Source: a virus (Duplodnaviria > Caudoviricetes). Taken from it: DNA of 57,081 nt. How positions within the stretch are numbered: position 1 is the stretch's first letter; the number at the start of each line of letters is the position of its first letter. This document shows, piece by piece, positions 1 through 8,803 of the stretch. Below the pieces are notes generated by a model. That model saw nothing but the letters and a program-made list of their open reading frames with translations, was not told the origin of the DNA and searched no databases. Location of the stretch: positions 1 to 57,081 of the IMG/VR virus record IMGVR_UViG_3300027038_000001, one strand, 5' to 3'. Both the position numbers and the translations under genes were made by a program.

Positions 1-99
1 GGGGGGCCGCCCCCCTAGGCCTCGCTGCTCGGTACTGTGTCGTCCTTTGACTTCCTCAGGAGCACGAGCAGTGCCTGCTGCTCCTTCTCCGACAACTTC
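1..99. repeat. Terminal direct repeat, copy 1 (circular assembly overlap)
   Basis: Bases 1-99 are identical to 56983-57081. Confidence 0.97.
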
Positions 100-386
100 G
101 AAATGTCAATGGCTCCCTGCGGACCATCCTGCAACGAAACCATTCGATGGGTCTCAACTGGCTTGCCCGACTCATAAGACGCCACGAAGGTGAGGTACTT
201 ATGTGCGGTCCGTTTGTTCTTACTCAGCATGCCCTCGCGAATCGTCATGGCTACCTCAGTGGTGTGATGCTGCACGAGGTCCTTGCAGATCCCTCTGATC
301 CCTTGTCGTGCGTGAGCGAGGACCAGGGGAGCTGGAGCCAGTGGGGGCTGCGTACTCACATGGCGTTTCTTACTCTGCTTGCTCAT
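15..386 (-). CDS. terS: Putative terminase small subunit
   Basis: 123 aa. First gene of the minus-strand arm, upstream of TerL across the junction. C-terminal GKPVET...IDISKLSEKEQQALL resembles TerS tails. Confidence 0.55.
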   Translation of the reverse strand: MSKQSKKRHVSTQPPLAPAPLVLAHARQGIRGICKDLVQHHTTEVAMTIREGMLSKNKRTAHKYLTFVASYESGKPVETHRMVSLQDGPQGAIDISKLSEKEQQALLVLLRKSKDDTVPSSEA

Positions 387-564
387 TGGATAGGCACTCG
401 CATAACGATTCCACGGATTGTCCGCTCAGTTAGCACTGACCTCAGGACTTTTCCAGTGGGTGGATACGTGTCCATGCTCCTCATTTCACCCTTCAATATG
501 GCATAGGGGTAGCACCTGCCCATTCTGGAAACTCGGTTTCCCTCGCGCTCCATTCCACATTAAT

Positions 565-840
565 AAGCTGAGGTGCTCACTTCTAACGCCCAATCTAGGA
601 CACATTCATGAGGTCGGTCCAATCGACCCGCTAATTCGGGGGGGGTGTGTGGGTGTTTGGCCCTTTCTCCTTTCCTTCTAAGCTAATTCCTACTTCTTCT
701 CCTTAAAATAAATTAAGAATTATGTAAGATTAAGGAAAGGAAGGACACCCCGCCACACCGCCCCCGCTAGAGCGGGTCAATGCCCACCTGACTCATGTCT
801 TGCACCTAGATGGCCTAATGAATCTGACCTCATGAAGCTT
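565..840. repeat. Long imperfect inverted repeat with AT-rich centre
   Basis: Paired blocks symmetric about ~702: ATCTAGG 593-599/CCTAGAT 805-811; CATGAG 607-612/CTCATG 792-797; GACCCGCT 625-632/AGCGGGTC 771-778; GGGTGT 651-656/ACACCC 745-750; CCTTTCCTT 669-677/AAGGAAAGG 732-740. Confidence 0.8.
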
Positions 841-1028
841 TTTTACCTGATTTTGATTACCCACGATTCTCACTCCTTCATCATCATTCACTCATCTCAC
901 CCCATGTCCACCCCATTTCACCCAATTTCCAAGCTCAACTATTGAACTCACGACGGCTCATTCATTCTCTCATCAAAACCATCTTTTCATGGTAACGGTC
1001 GCTTCCCCGCGCATGACCCACATTTCTA

Positions 1029-1058
1029 TTGCGACCGTCCCCACGTTCGAGCCATACT
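1029..1058 (+). promoter_or_regulatory. Possible sigma70-like promoter
   Basis: TTGCGA-N18-CATACT just before a GTG start at 1064 that lacks an RBS, so possibly leaderless. Confidence 0.35.
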
Positions 1059-1063
1059 AACGT

Positions 1064-1555
1064 GTGCCCAAGCCAATTAAAGACACCTCATCACCTCGTA
1101 ACCTAGCTGCGTTATTCCATGAGCACCACTTTCGACGGGCCCTTCAACGGAGACACCGTCGCTGCCCCACTCATGGCATCCGCCGCTCAGTCTGCCCGAC
1201 ATGTCTTCGGACCTACTGTGTGCTCTGCAATCCCGTACACATTGCCGATCATACGGATGATCCCGACCCCATCATTGACAATGGGCACGGAAAACCGTTG
1301 GTGCAGGCGCCAATTCATGTGAAAGGAAAAAAGGGCACGATCGTTGTCCTCTCAGCGAAATACAATAAGTTGGCCGCGGAATGCACGTCCCAGAAGGTGC
1401 GCATCCTTGATTTCAAACCCCCCAACGAACTCACGGTGGCGTTGGACCAAGGCGAACTCATGGACGACATTGTACACCAGCTGGGCTATCGTGTGGTATC
1501 CATGACTGAATTCTCACGCGAAAAACGAACAGTATTCATCCTAGAAAGGAAGTAG
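1064..1555 (+). CDS. Hypothetical protein with Cys/His-rich N-terminus
   Basis: 163 aa with CPTH, CPTC and CVLC motifs; first ORF of the + arm. Confidence 0.55.
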   Translation: MPKPIKDTSSPRNLAALFHEHHFRRALQRRHRRCPTHGIRRSVCPTCLRTYCVLCNPVHIADHTDDPDPIIDNGHGKPLVQAPIHVKGKKGTIVVLSAKYNKLAAECTSQKVRILDFKPPNELTVALDQGELMDDIVHQLGYRVVSMTEFSREKRTVFILERK

Positions 1556-1557
1556 GT

Positions 1558-1803
1558 ATGACTCCAATTGAATTCCCAGAACAGACCGTCGTGTGGGCGA
1601 AGAATCAACTTCCCTATCTGCCGCTGCCCGCATACACCAATGATCGAGAAACGATTAGTTGCTGGTCGTTAACCTGGCGTGAACGTGTGCAGATACTCCT
1701 CACGGGTCGTCTGTGGTTGTGTCAGATGAATTTCGGCGCTCCGTTGCAGGCGCAAGCGCCGTGCGTTGAATCTCCTTTCCATCGAAAGAGGACGCAGCTA
1801 TGA
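1558..1803 (+). CDS. Phage hypothetical protein
   Basis: 81 aa with typical phage-like sequence (MTPIEFPEQT...YLPLPA...SCWSLTWRER); tightly packed with neighbours. Confidence 0.7.
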   Translation: MTPIEFPEQTVVWAKNQLPYLPLPAYTNDRETISCWSLTWRERVQILLTGRLWLCQMNFGAPLQAQAPCVESPFHRKRTQL

Positions 1804-1952
1804 AACGTTGGCTAAGGCAATGGCTCCGATTGGAACGACGACCGATTCGGCCGTGGCCCGAATACCGGACGGACGATCGTATCCATGACCGAGTTCTCAC
1901 GGGAAAAACGTACGGTATTCGTCTTAGACAAACAATAAGGAGAAACGTATGA
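1800..1952 (+). CDS. Small hypothetical protein
   Basis: 50 aa (MKRWLRQWLRLE...) with ATGA overlaps at both ends; below the ORF-track cut-off. Confidence 0.5.
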   Translation: MKRWLRQWLRLERRPIRPWPEYRTDDRIHDRVLTGKTYGIRLRQTIRRNV

Positions 1953-2509
1953 CTATTCACGATCAGGTACATGAACGGATCGCCCTGGTCGGCCTTGCGG
2001 CCTGTGCCTTTTGCTTCGCCTGGATCCTCGGCGGCGGGGTGAGCTGCGCGGTGCACGCGCAAGCGGTGTCATGTGACTCGCAGACGGGGATCGGCTGCGC
2101 GGGGCAGGTCACCGTCGCCGCAGCACCCGGCCTGCTTGAAGGCGTCGTACCGTGCGACGTGCGGACAGGCGAAGGGTGCCTCACCGAAACGCAAGCCGAG
2201 TATCGCGAACGCATGCAAGGGCGGTTTGTGACCGACGCAGGCATTCTGATCGGCACCCAGTTTGGCGATTTGCTCTCGACGGAACTCGCGTTGTCGCACG
2301 GGCATCGCGAAGCGAATCCGATCATGAGCCACGACCTCGCGTGGAACGTCGCCGCGAAGACGGTGACGACGGTCGGCACGTTGGCGCTGTATCGGCACTT
2401 GCAGCGCACGGGCCGTCCGACGTTGGCGCGGGTCATGGTCTACGTCGTCAGTGGGACAGTGATCGCGGTGAGCGTCCGCAACGCGCAGATGACCAGAGGA
2501 ACGCGATGA
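1949..2509 (+). CDS. Membrane protein, DUF5658-like
   Basis: N-terminal hydrophobic segment, DLLSTELALSHGHREANPIM motif and further TM helices; AGGAG RBS. Confidence 0.6.
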   Translation: MTIHDQVHERIALVGLAACAFCFAWILGGGVSCAVHAQAVSCDSQTGIGCAGQVTVAAAPGLLEGVVPCDVRTGEGCLTETQAEYRERMQGRFVTDAGILIGTQFGDLLSTELALSHGHREANPIMSHDLAWNVAAKTVTTVGTLALYRHLQRTGRPTLARVMVYVVSGTVIAVSVRNAQMTRGTR

Positions 2510-2715
2510 GATCCGTTTTAATATGGTTTTTAGTCTATATCTTAGGTGGATGTTTGTTCATTTGGTTCGTCTCAATTCCGCATCGACGAGGTCGATCGTC
2601 GGCTGTTCCACAGGCGTGGCCGTGGCTAGTAACCTGGCTCTTCTGGCCGTTGGGCTTCGCGCTTTTCATGATGGTTGTTTATAGAATCGTTCAACAAAAG
2701 CTGAGGAGAGAATGA
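2506..2715 (+). CDS. Small two-TM membrane protein
   Basis: MRSVLIWFLVYILGG...WLFWPLGFALF; ATGA overlap with the upstream gene. Confidence 0.65.
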   Translation: MRSVLIWFLVYILGGCLFIWFVSIPHRRGRSSAVPQAWPWLVTWLFWPLGFALFMMVVYRIVQQKLRRE

Positions 2716-2716
2716 T

Positions 2717-3082
2717 ATGTCAGAACAACTTGGTCGTCGTTCGTTCCTGAAAGGTGCATTCGGTGGTGTCGTAACCGGCGGATTGATCGTTCAAGCCACC
2801 AACGCCGATGTCGCAATGTTCGCTCACGCATTGAAACCCGACGAGCCACTGATGCTGGACACGCCACCCACCCCCAACAAAGATGGATTCCCGATCGTGG
2901 GGAAGCATCTCTACAACGAACACGGAGAAATCGTGGCCATGGTGACCGAGGTGGTAGTTTCATCGAATCATATGGATATCAGTTCGTTCCATGACACACA
3001 CCAAGTCTTCCAACCACAAGGACCAATGCATATGGATATCCGAGCCGTGGGTATTAATGCCAAGTATTGGAGAATGAGGTAA
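2717..3082 (+). CDS. Hypothetical protein with Tat-like signal
   Basis: N-terminal GRRSFLK followed by a hydrophobic stretch; GAGGAG RBS. Confidence 0.6.
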   Translation: MSEQLGRRSFLKGAFGGVVTGGLIVQATNADVAMFAHALKPDEPLMLDTPPTPNKDGFPIVGKHLYNEHGEIVAMVTEVVVSSNHMDISSFHDTHQVFQPQGPMHMDIRAVGINAKYWRMR

Positions 3083-3357
3083 TGCCGATCTTCGAATATC
3101 AGTGCCCGATGTGTCTGGAGATTGTTGAACGTATCGAGATCGCCAAAGATATGCCACCGCCCGATTGCCACAAGCACGGCGACGCGGCGGTCGAGATGGT
3201 CAAGCTGGTGTCCACCTCGGGATTCCGAGTGAAAGGGTTCGCCAGCTTCAACGGCTACTCCCGCACCAACGAAGAGATTCCCGAACGTGTGCACAAGCAG
3301 AAGGGAATCAAAGTGCGTGTGCAGGACGGAGGGAAAGGAGAACACGGCCATGGGTAA
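3082..3357 (+). CDS. FmdB-like zinc-ribbon protein
   Basis: MPIFEYQCPMC...C...MVKLVS..GFRVKG pattern; GAGG RBS. Confidence 0.75.
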   Translation: MPIFEYQCPMCLEIVERIEIAKDMPPPDCHKHGDAAVEMVKLVSTSGFRVKGFASFNGYSRTNEEIPERVHKQKGIKVRVQDGGKGEHGHG

Positions 3358-3529
3358 GAAGAAGGACCTCAAACGAGCCGAGTCGGTCATCGTGCGGGTT
3401 GCCAATTTAATCGCACCCTTGAAGATCGACACCCTTCGTCTGACGAAGAAGGAGACGGTGCGGTTGGAGTCTGCCCGTCGAATTCTCCACACCTACCTCA
3501 ATCGGGATATCAATGGAGATCCGCTGTGA
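3350..3529 (+). CDS. Small basic hypothetical protein
   Basis: AGGAG RBS; overlaps both neighbours. Confidence 0.55.
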   Translation: MGKKKDLKRAESVIVRVANLIAPLKIDTLRLTKKETVRLESARRILHTYLNRDINGDPL

Positions 3530-3936
3530 GGAAGAAGAAGATGGTGTTGCCGAGTGTCGATAAGAAGAAGAGGTCGCGCACAACGCACCACACAACCAAA
3601 GGGAAACGCGGCGGTCCCACGCCGATTAAGTTCACCGTGGCTGCCGACGTCACCATGCACAACCCTCCGCCTGCCTTGATCTTGCAGTTCACACGCAAGT
3701 ATCCCAAGGCCAAGTGGCAGGTGCCGCAGATCACCATCCCGCTGTTCTGGTTCGACAGTGTGATGGTACACAAGAAGCTTCTCATCGCCATCCCGCCGGA
3801 TATCTTCATTGTGGGCGGACGACGCTTTCGAGCGATCTGTCAAGAGTATCGCCGTGTCGGCACTCGAGGTCGAGGCTATACACGGTGGCTGGTCTACGAA
3901 GAACGTAACGAACTGCCCGATCGAGGGAGGCCGTAG
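3526..3936 (+). CDS. Basic hypothetical protein
   Basis: 136 aa; GTGA overlap; GGAG RBS. Confidence 0.6.
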   Translation: MRKKKMVLPSVDKKKRSRTTHHTTKGKRGGPTPIKFTVAADVTMHNPPPALILQFTRKYPKAKWQVPQITIPLFWFDSVMVHKKLLIAIPPDIFIVGGRRFRAICQEYRRVGTRGRGYTRWLVYEERNELPDRGRP

Positions 3937-4304
3937 TGGTCGAGATTACAAAGCTGAGGGACGGACGCGTGAATCCGGCAGATGAGGCGCGTGCAATTGT
4001 GCCGACGATGACGATGTTGATGAAGGACTACAAACTGTTCCCACCCAAGGACGATCGGTTTGAAGTTCAAGTCTTCCAGATCACGTACGATCCAACGGTT
4101 AAGGACGCCAGAAAGAATGCCACGACAGAGATGGTGGCGGCGCTCAAGAAATACGGCATCACGTGGTTCGCGGAGTTGGATAAGTCGTTCGATGACTTCG
4201 GACAGACGATGGCGTATGACCCTGACTCCAAGATTCGAATTCGATTGCACCATGCGATGACGATGGTGGTCATCACCGTCATCGCACTGAAATCGGAATC
4301 CTGA
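3936..4304 (+). CDS. Hypothetical protein
   Basis: 122 aa; GGGAGG RBS; last gene before the non-coding block. Confidence 0.65.
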   Translation: MVEITKLRDGRVNPADEARAIVPTMTMLMKDYKLFPPKDDRFEVQVFQITYDPTVKDARKNATTEMVAALKKYGITWFAELDKSFDDFGQTMAYDPDSKIRIRLHHAMTMVVITVIALKSES

Positions 4305-4810
4305 ATTCAGTGAAATCATGCGTAATTTCCGCACTGCAGTTTAGCCGTGCAACAGGAATCCTGAGTCGTTTAGGGTTACACAATATTATTATTTTGAGCA
4401 ATTATGAGCAAATCGCATAATTCGGCCCAAATCCTGAGAAACTCCTGAGTTTGGCTGCCTCAGGAAAGTCGGTAAACCTCAGTAAATTTCCTGAGTTTCG
4501 AATTCTCACCTTTTAGGCACACTTTATGAGTGATTCATGAGTTCTTAGGCGTAAATTCAATTCTCCGTAAACGTTATTTTTCATGATTTTCATCCCTCAG
4601 GGAACCTCACTTCTTGCGCACCCTTTAGGTGCAAGAACTGAGAATTCCCCGTAAACCTCAGTTCTATATGACCGCCCAAAATTCGGTCGCCCGTAAACCC
4701 TAGGAAACACAGGCACTTGCGGTGTATTTTAAAATGACCTTATTACCCTGTGGAAATTCCCCCCGGTTCAGGGGATACTATACCTGTGGGCCACGGCCCC
4801 GGAAGCGGCA
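4305..4810. repeat. Non-coding, AT-richer block with short repeats (CCTGAG/CTCAGG, GTAAACC)
   Basis: CCTGAG at 4360, 4433, 4444, 4490; CCTCAG at 4458, 4477, 4595, 4656; GTAAACC at about 4472, 4651, 4693; inverted repeat AGAACTGAG 4634-4642/CTCAGTTCT 4657-4665. No credible ORF. Confidence 0.75.
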
Positions 4811-4840
4811 ATGTCGCCGCAACATGAGATGGAGATGAAG

Positions 4841-5047
4841 ATGAAAACCAGCAGCAGCAAGTTCAACGTAGTGGAAGGTGATGGTGGGTTCGCTATCGTG
4901 TTCGGTAGCGGCGCCACGTTGGCGAAGTCCTTCGATGATCAGGTGTTCATCGCGTTCTGGAACAACGCCGATGAGCCGATGGCGGAACTGAAAGCTCGCA
5001 AGGTGTGCCGTGTGTTGAATGCGGCATTGCGAATGGCGCAGAACTAG
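4841..5047 (+). CDS. Early hypothetical protein
   Basis: GGAG RBS within the GAGATGGAGATGAAGATG leader. Confidence 0.6.
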   Translation: MKTSSSKFNVVEGDGGFAIVFGSGATLAKSFDDQVFIAFWNNADEPMAELKARKVCRVLNAALRMAQN

Positions 5048-5081
5048 GAAACGTTTTTTCAAAACAGAGATGGAGATGAAG

Positions 5082-5363
5082 ATGAAGACCAACACGAAAT
5101 CCAACCAGCCGATCAAGTTCCTCTCGCGCCCGGAGTCCGCCAACGCGCATCTGATCGCCGCCGCGCCGGAACTGCTGGAGGCGCTGAAGGCGCTGACAGA
5201 GGCCGCTGAGTTCGATTTCTGTGGGCCATCCACCGACGACTGCGCGGACGATGAGTGTGTGGCGATGGAGGATGGCAGCGCGTTCACGTTCGGCATGGTG
5301 CGTAGAGCCCGAGCCGCCATCGCGAAAGCCGAGGGTGTGTACGCCAAGTCGTTGTTGAAGTAG
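5082..5363 (+). CDS. Phage hypothetical protein
   Basis: Common phage motif ANAHLIAAAPELLEAL...ARAAIAKAEG. Confidence 0.75.
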   Translation: MKTNTKSNQPIKFLSRPESANAHLIAAAPELLEALKALTEAAEFDFCGPSTDDCADDECVAMEDGSAFTFGMVRRARAAIAKAEGVYAKSLLK

Positions 5364-5372
5364 GAGACGAAG

Positions 5373-5684
5373 ATGGGGATGCGAAAGTCAACACGACAAG
5401 AACTTCGGAAGCTTCGTGAGATCGTACGCGAGGCTTTCGAAGATCGGCTCTGCCCGTTCTGCAAGGAGCCGATGATCAGCGAGGCCAATGCCTACAACCA
5501 TGGGGATGGCGAGTCGTCCCCATTCGATGTGGACTGGTCCTTGCACCACAAGGACGGCAACCACTACAACAACGAGAAGCGCAATCGGGTGTGGTCACAT
5601 CGCCGCTGCCACAAAGCCCACCACATGACGGAGCGGCACAAGGCAAATCGCAAAGCGAAGAAGACGAAGAAGGAGACGAGATGA
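5373..5684 (+). CDS. HNH endonuclease-like protein
   Basis: CPFC...LHHKDGNHYNNEKRN...HRRCHKAHH. Confidence 0.8.
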   Translation: MGMRKSTRQELRKLREIVREAFEDRLCPFCKEPMISEANAYNHGDGESSPFDVDWSLHHKDGNHYNNEKRNRVWSHRRCHKAHHMTERHKANRKAKKTKKETR

Positions 5685-6478
5685 AAGGCACGATGTGGTC
5701 GTCGCGGCTTCGCAAGAAGAACGCCCAGCGTATGAAGAAGATTCGCAAGCCTTCTGTCAAGCGCGCACCCAACACCAATCCCATCCCTGCAGATCTCAAA
5801 GGTCTGGTGTTCAAGAAGTTCCGCACCAAGGCCAATCGTGACCACCGCATCCTGGTGATCCGCGATGGGCACGGCTACAAGGTATCGTCCTTGGTGGCCG
5901 GCGTGGTGACACCGATCCGGGATTTCTCGGTGCCCGCCACTTCCGAGATTTCCGAACCGGTTTGGTATTCCGCACAACGAGAAATCGCCAGATGGTGGGC
6001 GAGTCGATACGCCCGACGTGGTGCGGTGCCTAGTGCCAAGCAAGAACGGTCGGCACGCAAGCGCGAACTGAAACGCGCCATCGCGGTTCACCAAGCGCAC
6101 ATGGACACCAAACAGATTGTGCGTGCCGTGTCCGGAGAACTGAAACCCATCCCTGAGGCACAGCCCCTGAGCATCCCGATTCCGTATGTGGTGATCTACG
6201 ATCCCAAGTCTCGGATCAGCGACACCACCTTCCGTGTCCACAGCGCGACATGCGAGTGCGTGACCAAGGAACGGAAGCGTACAATGAAGAGCGGCGCGTC
6301 GTGGATTGTGGAAGCAGGGACGCCAGAGGCGGCGGTCGTTGAACAGATCCGCGAGTTCGATATGCAGGACATGGGCTACGACAAGACGGACTTCCAGATT
6401 CACGATTGCCTGTTTAGTAGGAACCGTGTGACGAGCAAAACGGTGTTGGGTCGTGTTTCAAAAAGGAGCAGAGCATGA
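5681..6478 (+). CDS. Basic hypothetical protein
   Basis: About 265 aa from the ATG after AAGGAG; ATGA overlaps. Confidence 0.7.
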   Translation: MKGTMWSSRLRKKNAQRMKKIRKPSVKRAPNTNPIPADLKGLVFKKFRTKANRDHRILVIRDGHGYKVSSLVAGVVTPIRDFSVPATSEISEPVWYSAQREIARWWASRYARRGAVPSAKQERSARKRELKRAIAVHQAHMDTKQIVRAVSGELKPIPEAQPLSIPIPYVVIYDPKSRISDTTFRVHSATCECVTKERKRTMKSGASWIVEAGTPEAAVVEQIREFDMQDMGYDKTDFQIHDCLFSRNRVTSKTVLGRVSKRSRA

Positions 6479-6789
6479 AGATGAAGATGAGATTAAAGAA
6501 GCAGGTTGGTAAAAGAATTTCGAAATGGGGAGAGGAGCAGAATGTGGACACGGGGCGTAAGGTCAAAGAAGTGTTGGCCGCGTTGAATGCGAAGACCTTC
6601 ACAGTGTTGGCCTTGGCTCCGTCGTCCCGCAATGGCAAGACGCATCAGATTCGATGGCTGGCCAACGGCATGGTGATCTGCACATGTGAGAGTTGGCAGT
6701 ACTCGAAGACGGGCGAGCCGTGCAAGCATCTGAAGAGGTTCCGTGCGGAAGTAAAACCGTTGATGTTCGCTGATCCAACCAAGAAGTAG
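6475..6789 (+). CDS. SWIM zinc-finger protein
   Basis: CTCESW...PCKH (CxC-xn-CxH). Confidence 0.75.
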   Translation: MKMKMRLKKQVGKRISKWGEEQNVDTGRKVKEVLAALNAKTFTVLALAPSSRNGKTHQIRWLANGMVICTCESWQYSKTGEPCKHLKRFRAEVKPLMFADPTKK

Positions 6790-6801
6790 AAGGAGATAGA
6801 G

Positions 6802-7074
6802 ATGAATACGAAAATGCGCTCACGACATAACCGAACGATCACGGTCCGTGAATTGATTGATGCGTTGGAGCTTGAGGATGAAAACGCGTTGGTCATCTTC
6901 AGCGCCGACTACGGCGACTACTCGCACACACAGCAGGCGCTGTTCATTGAAGGGACGACCGAAGAGGTTACCATCCATGAGAGCGCCTACAGTCGGACAG
7001 GGTTCGCAATCGATGAGAACGACGAAGCTGAAGACGCTTCCGTTCTTGAGCAGACGTACTTGTTGTTGAAGTAG
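6802..7074 (+). CDS. Hypothetical protein
   Basis: TVRELIDAL...SADYGD phage-like motif; AAGGAG RBS. Confidence 0.7.
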   Translation: MNTKMRSRHNRTITVRELIDALELEDENALVIFSADYGDYSHTQQALFIEGTTEEVTIHESAYSRTGFAIDENDEAEDASVLEQTYLLLK

Positions 7075-7083
7075 GAGACGAAG

Positions 7084-7341
7084 ATGATAATCGAATATGT
7101 GAAAGATCTGCGAGCCCATTTCGACTGCGTCATGTACGACCAGTCGTTCGAAGAACCCGTGTTGCCGTTGTGGTGGCGTCGGTGGGTTGCGGTGCGGGAG
7201 GTGGTCGGCATGCGGTGGGCCGACCTGATATGTCGGTGGCGTGGACACGACTACGACACCAATGGCTGCGATTATGTAGAGAGCGGCGGCGAAGGCTTCA
7301 CCTGTACACGGTGCGGGCATTCGTTCACAGCGTGGCATTAG
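7084..7341 (+). CDS. Hypothetical Zn-binding protein (DUF1660-like)
   Basis: LICRWRGHDY...CTRCG. Confidence 0.6.
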   Translation: MIIEYVKDLRAHFDCVMYDQSFEEPVLPLWWRRWVAVREVVGMRWADLICRWRGHDYDTNGCDYVESGGEGFTCTRCGHSFTAWH

Positions 7342-7352
7342 AGGAGATGAAT

Positions 7353-7580
7353 ATGGATATGAGATATTTGCGGCGGCTGGTCAAAGTGATCGACGCGTCC
7401 TCGGTTGGTTCACTGTTATGGATAGCGTATTACCGGGAGCTCATGGCGATGCTCCGTGAGGAGATCGCGAAGGAGGAGGAACCCTTCTGCGATGCCTGCA
7501 AACAGCACAAGCCCTGTTCATGTGACCGGATGATCGAAGATCGAGACCGTCCGTTCGACGCACCGGACCCGAGAGATTGA
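7353..7580 (+). CDS. Hypothetical protein
   Basis: GAGGAG RBS; CDACKQHKPCSC. Confidence 0.55.
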   Translation: MDMRYLRRLVKVIDASSVGSLLWIAYYRELMAMLREEIAKEEEPFCDACKQHKPCSCDRMIEDRDRPFDAPDPRD

Positions 7581-7593
7581 GAAGGAGACGAAG

Positions 7594-8082
7594 ATGAGAA
7601 GACGAAGCGTATTCAGAAGGCCGCGCGCCAAGAAGATCCGGAGTGCGGTGCGTATCAAAGAGCGCGTCGCTAAGAAAGGCGGTCGCTGCTCTGCATGCCG
7701 TGGTCGATACGAAACGGGCGATGAGATCACCGTGGTCAATATTCGTCGTCGTACCTTTCACCGACACGGCTGTGTCCCTGCCAATGTGGGACAGATGCCA
7801 ACGACCGGCGCGGGGCCGGTGGTTGGCAACACCCCGACCGCGGTAGTGGCGGCACTATCGACCACGTGGTCGGTTGGTGAAGCGAAGTTGGTGGCAATGC
7901 AAGCACTAGAGAACGCTTTGGTGGTCGTTGCGAAGAAGGCACCCAGCATTACTCCAGAAATGGAAGCCGCATTTGATCGGTACAACAAACTCAAGGGAGT
8001 GGCGTTGCGACCGGGCAGTGAAAACGAAGGTGTCATGGCTATGCGCGAGGCCGTGATCAAATTGGTTCGTACGATTTTCTGA
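7594..8082 (+). CDS. Zinc-finger hypothetical protein
   Basis: CSAC...G.EI...FHRHGC resembles a PARP-type CxxC-H-C finger. Confidence 0.6.
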   Translation: MRRRSVFRRPRAKKIRSAVRIKERVAKKGGRCSACRGRYETGDEITVVNIRRRTFHRHGCVPANVGQMPTTGAGPVVGNTPTAVVAALSTTWSVGEAKLVAMQALENALVVVAKKAPSITPEMEAAFDRYNKLKGVALRPGSENEGVMAMREAVIKLVRTIF

Positions 8083-8095
8083 GATGGAGATGAAC

Positions 8096-8797
8096 ATGTC
8101 AAACGAAAACAAGTCATTGGTTCGGTCGGCTGAGAAGACGCTCACTGTCAAGTCCTTGAAGGATCTCGTCCGTGTCCGCACGAGCGAGAATCCGGTACTG
8201 CTGATCGACGTGTCGGGCAGCATGGGCGCTGGGATGCGCAATGGGAAGACGCGTATCCAGGGTCTGCGCGAAGTCGTCGCTGGTCTGCAGGAGAAGCGGC
8301 CCACCACGATGGTGGCGTTCGGTCTGACCGGCGGTGTGCCGGTTCATCCGTTGGAGCCGATTCAATCCAACGAACAGGTGGCGTTCGTTGAGACCGTACC
8401 TGATGCTCAAGGCGGCACTCCGCTCGCCGAAGGAATTGACTTTTGCCGAGCCAATGGGTTCGGCCGATGCGTCGTGATCTCGGATGGTGGCCCCAACGAC
8501 CCACATCGGGCGATGGAGTCGGCCAGAACGTTCGGTGGTCGCATCGATGTCATCTTCGTTGGTGATCCGGGTGATCCGGGTTCCTACTTCCTCGACCAAC
8601 TGGCTCAGGCCACTGGTGGGTCCAGATTCGAAGGCGACCTGAGCGAGGTCAAGGAAATCACCGGCGCGGTGGTGGGCCTGTTGATGGGCGAATCGCTCGA
8701 ACAGTCTGACGACGATGACGATGATGATGAAGACGATGAAGACGATGAGGACGATGAGGACGATGAGGACGAGGACGAAGACGAAGACGACAAGTAG
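8096..8797 (+). CDS. von Willebrand factor A (VWA) domain protein with acidic tail
   Basis: MIDAS motifs LLIDVSGSM, GGTPL and VISDGGPN; poly-D/E C-terminus. Confidence 0.9.
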   Translation: MSNENKSLVRSAEKTLTVKSLKDLVRVRTSENPVLLIDVSGSMGAGMRNGKTRIQGLREVVAGLQEKRPTTMVAFGLTGGVPVHPLEPIQSNEQVAFVETVPDAQGGTPLAEGIDFCRANGFGRCVVISDGGPNDPHRAMESARTFGGRIDVIFVGDPGDPGSYFLDQLAQATGGSRFEGDLSEVKEITGAVVGLLMGESLEQSDDDDDDDEDDEDDEDDEDDEDEDEDEDDK

Positions 8798-8803
8798 AAG
8801 GAG

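Noticed and set aside
147-681. Plus-strand ORFs 147-506 and 418-681
   Set aside because: Antisense to terS or within the inverted-repeat region; no RBS and no recognisable motifs.
4305-4810. Mini CRISPR array
   Set aside because: The repeats are 6-12 bp, in both orientations and irregularly spaced.
5564-6403. Long antisense ORFs (also 8114-9004, 37358-38173, 52067-52681)
   Set aside because: They lie opposite well-supported genes; long shadow ORFs are expected at this GC content.
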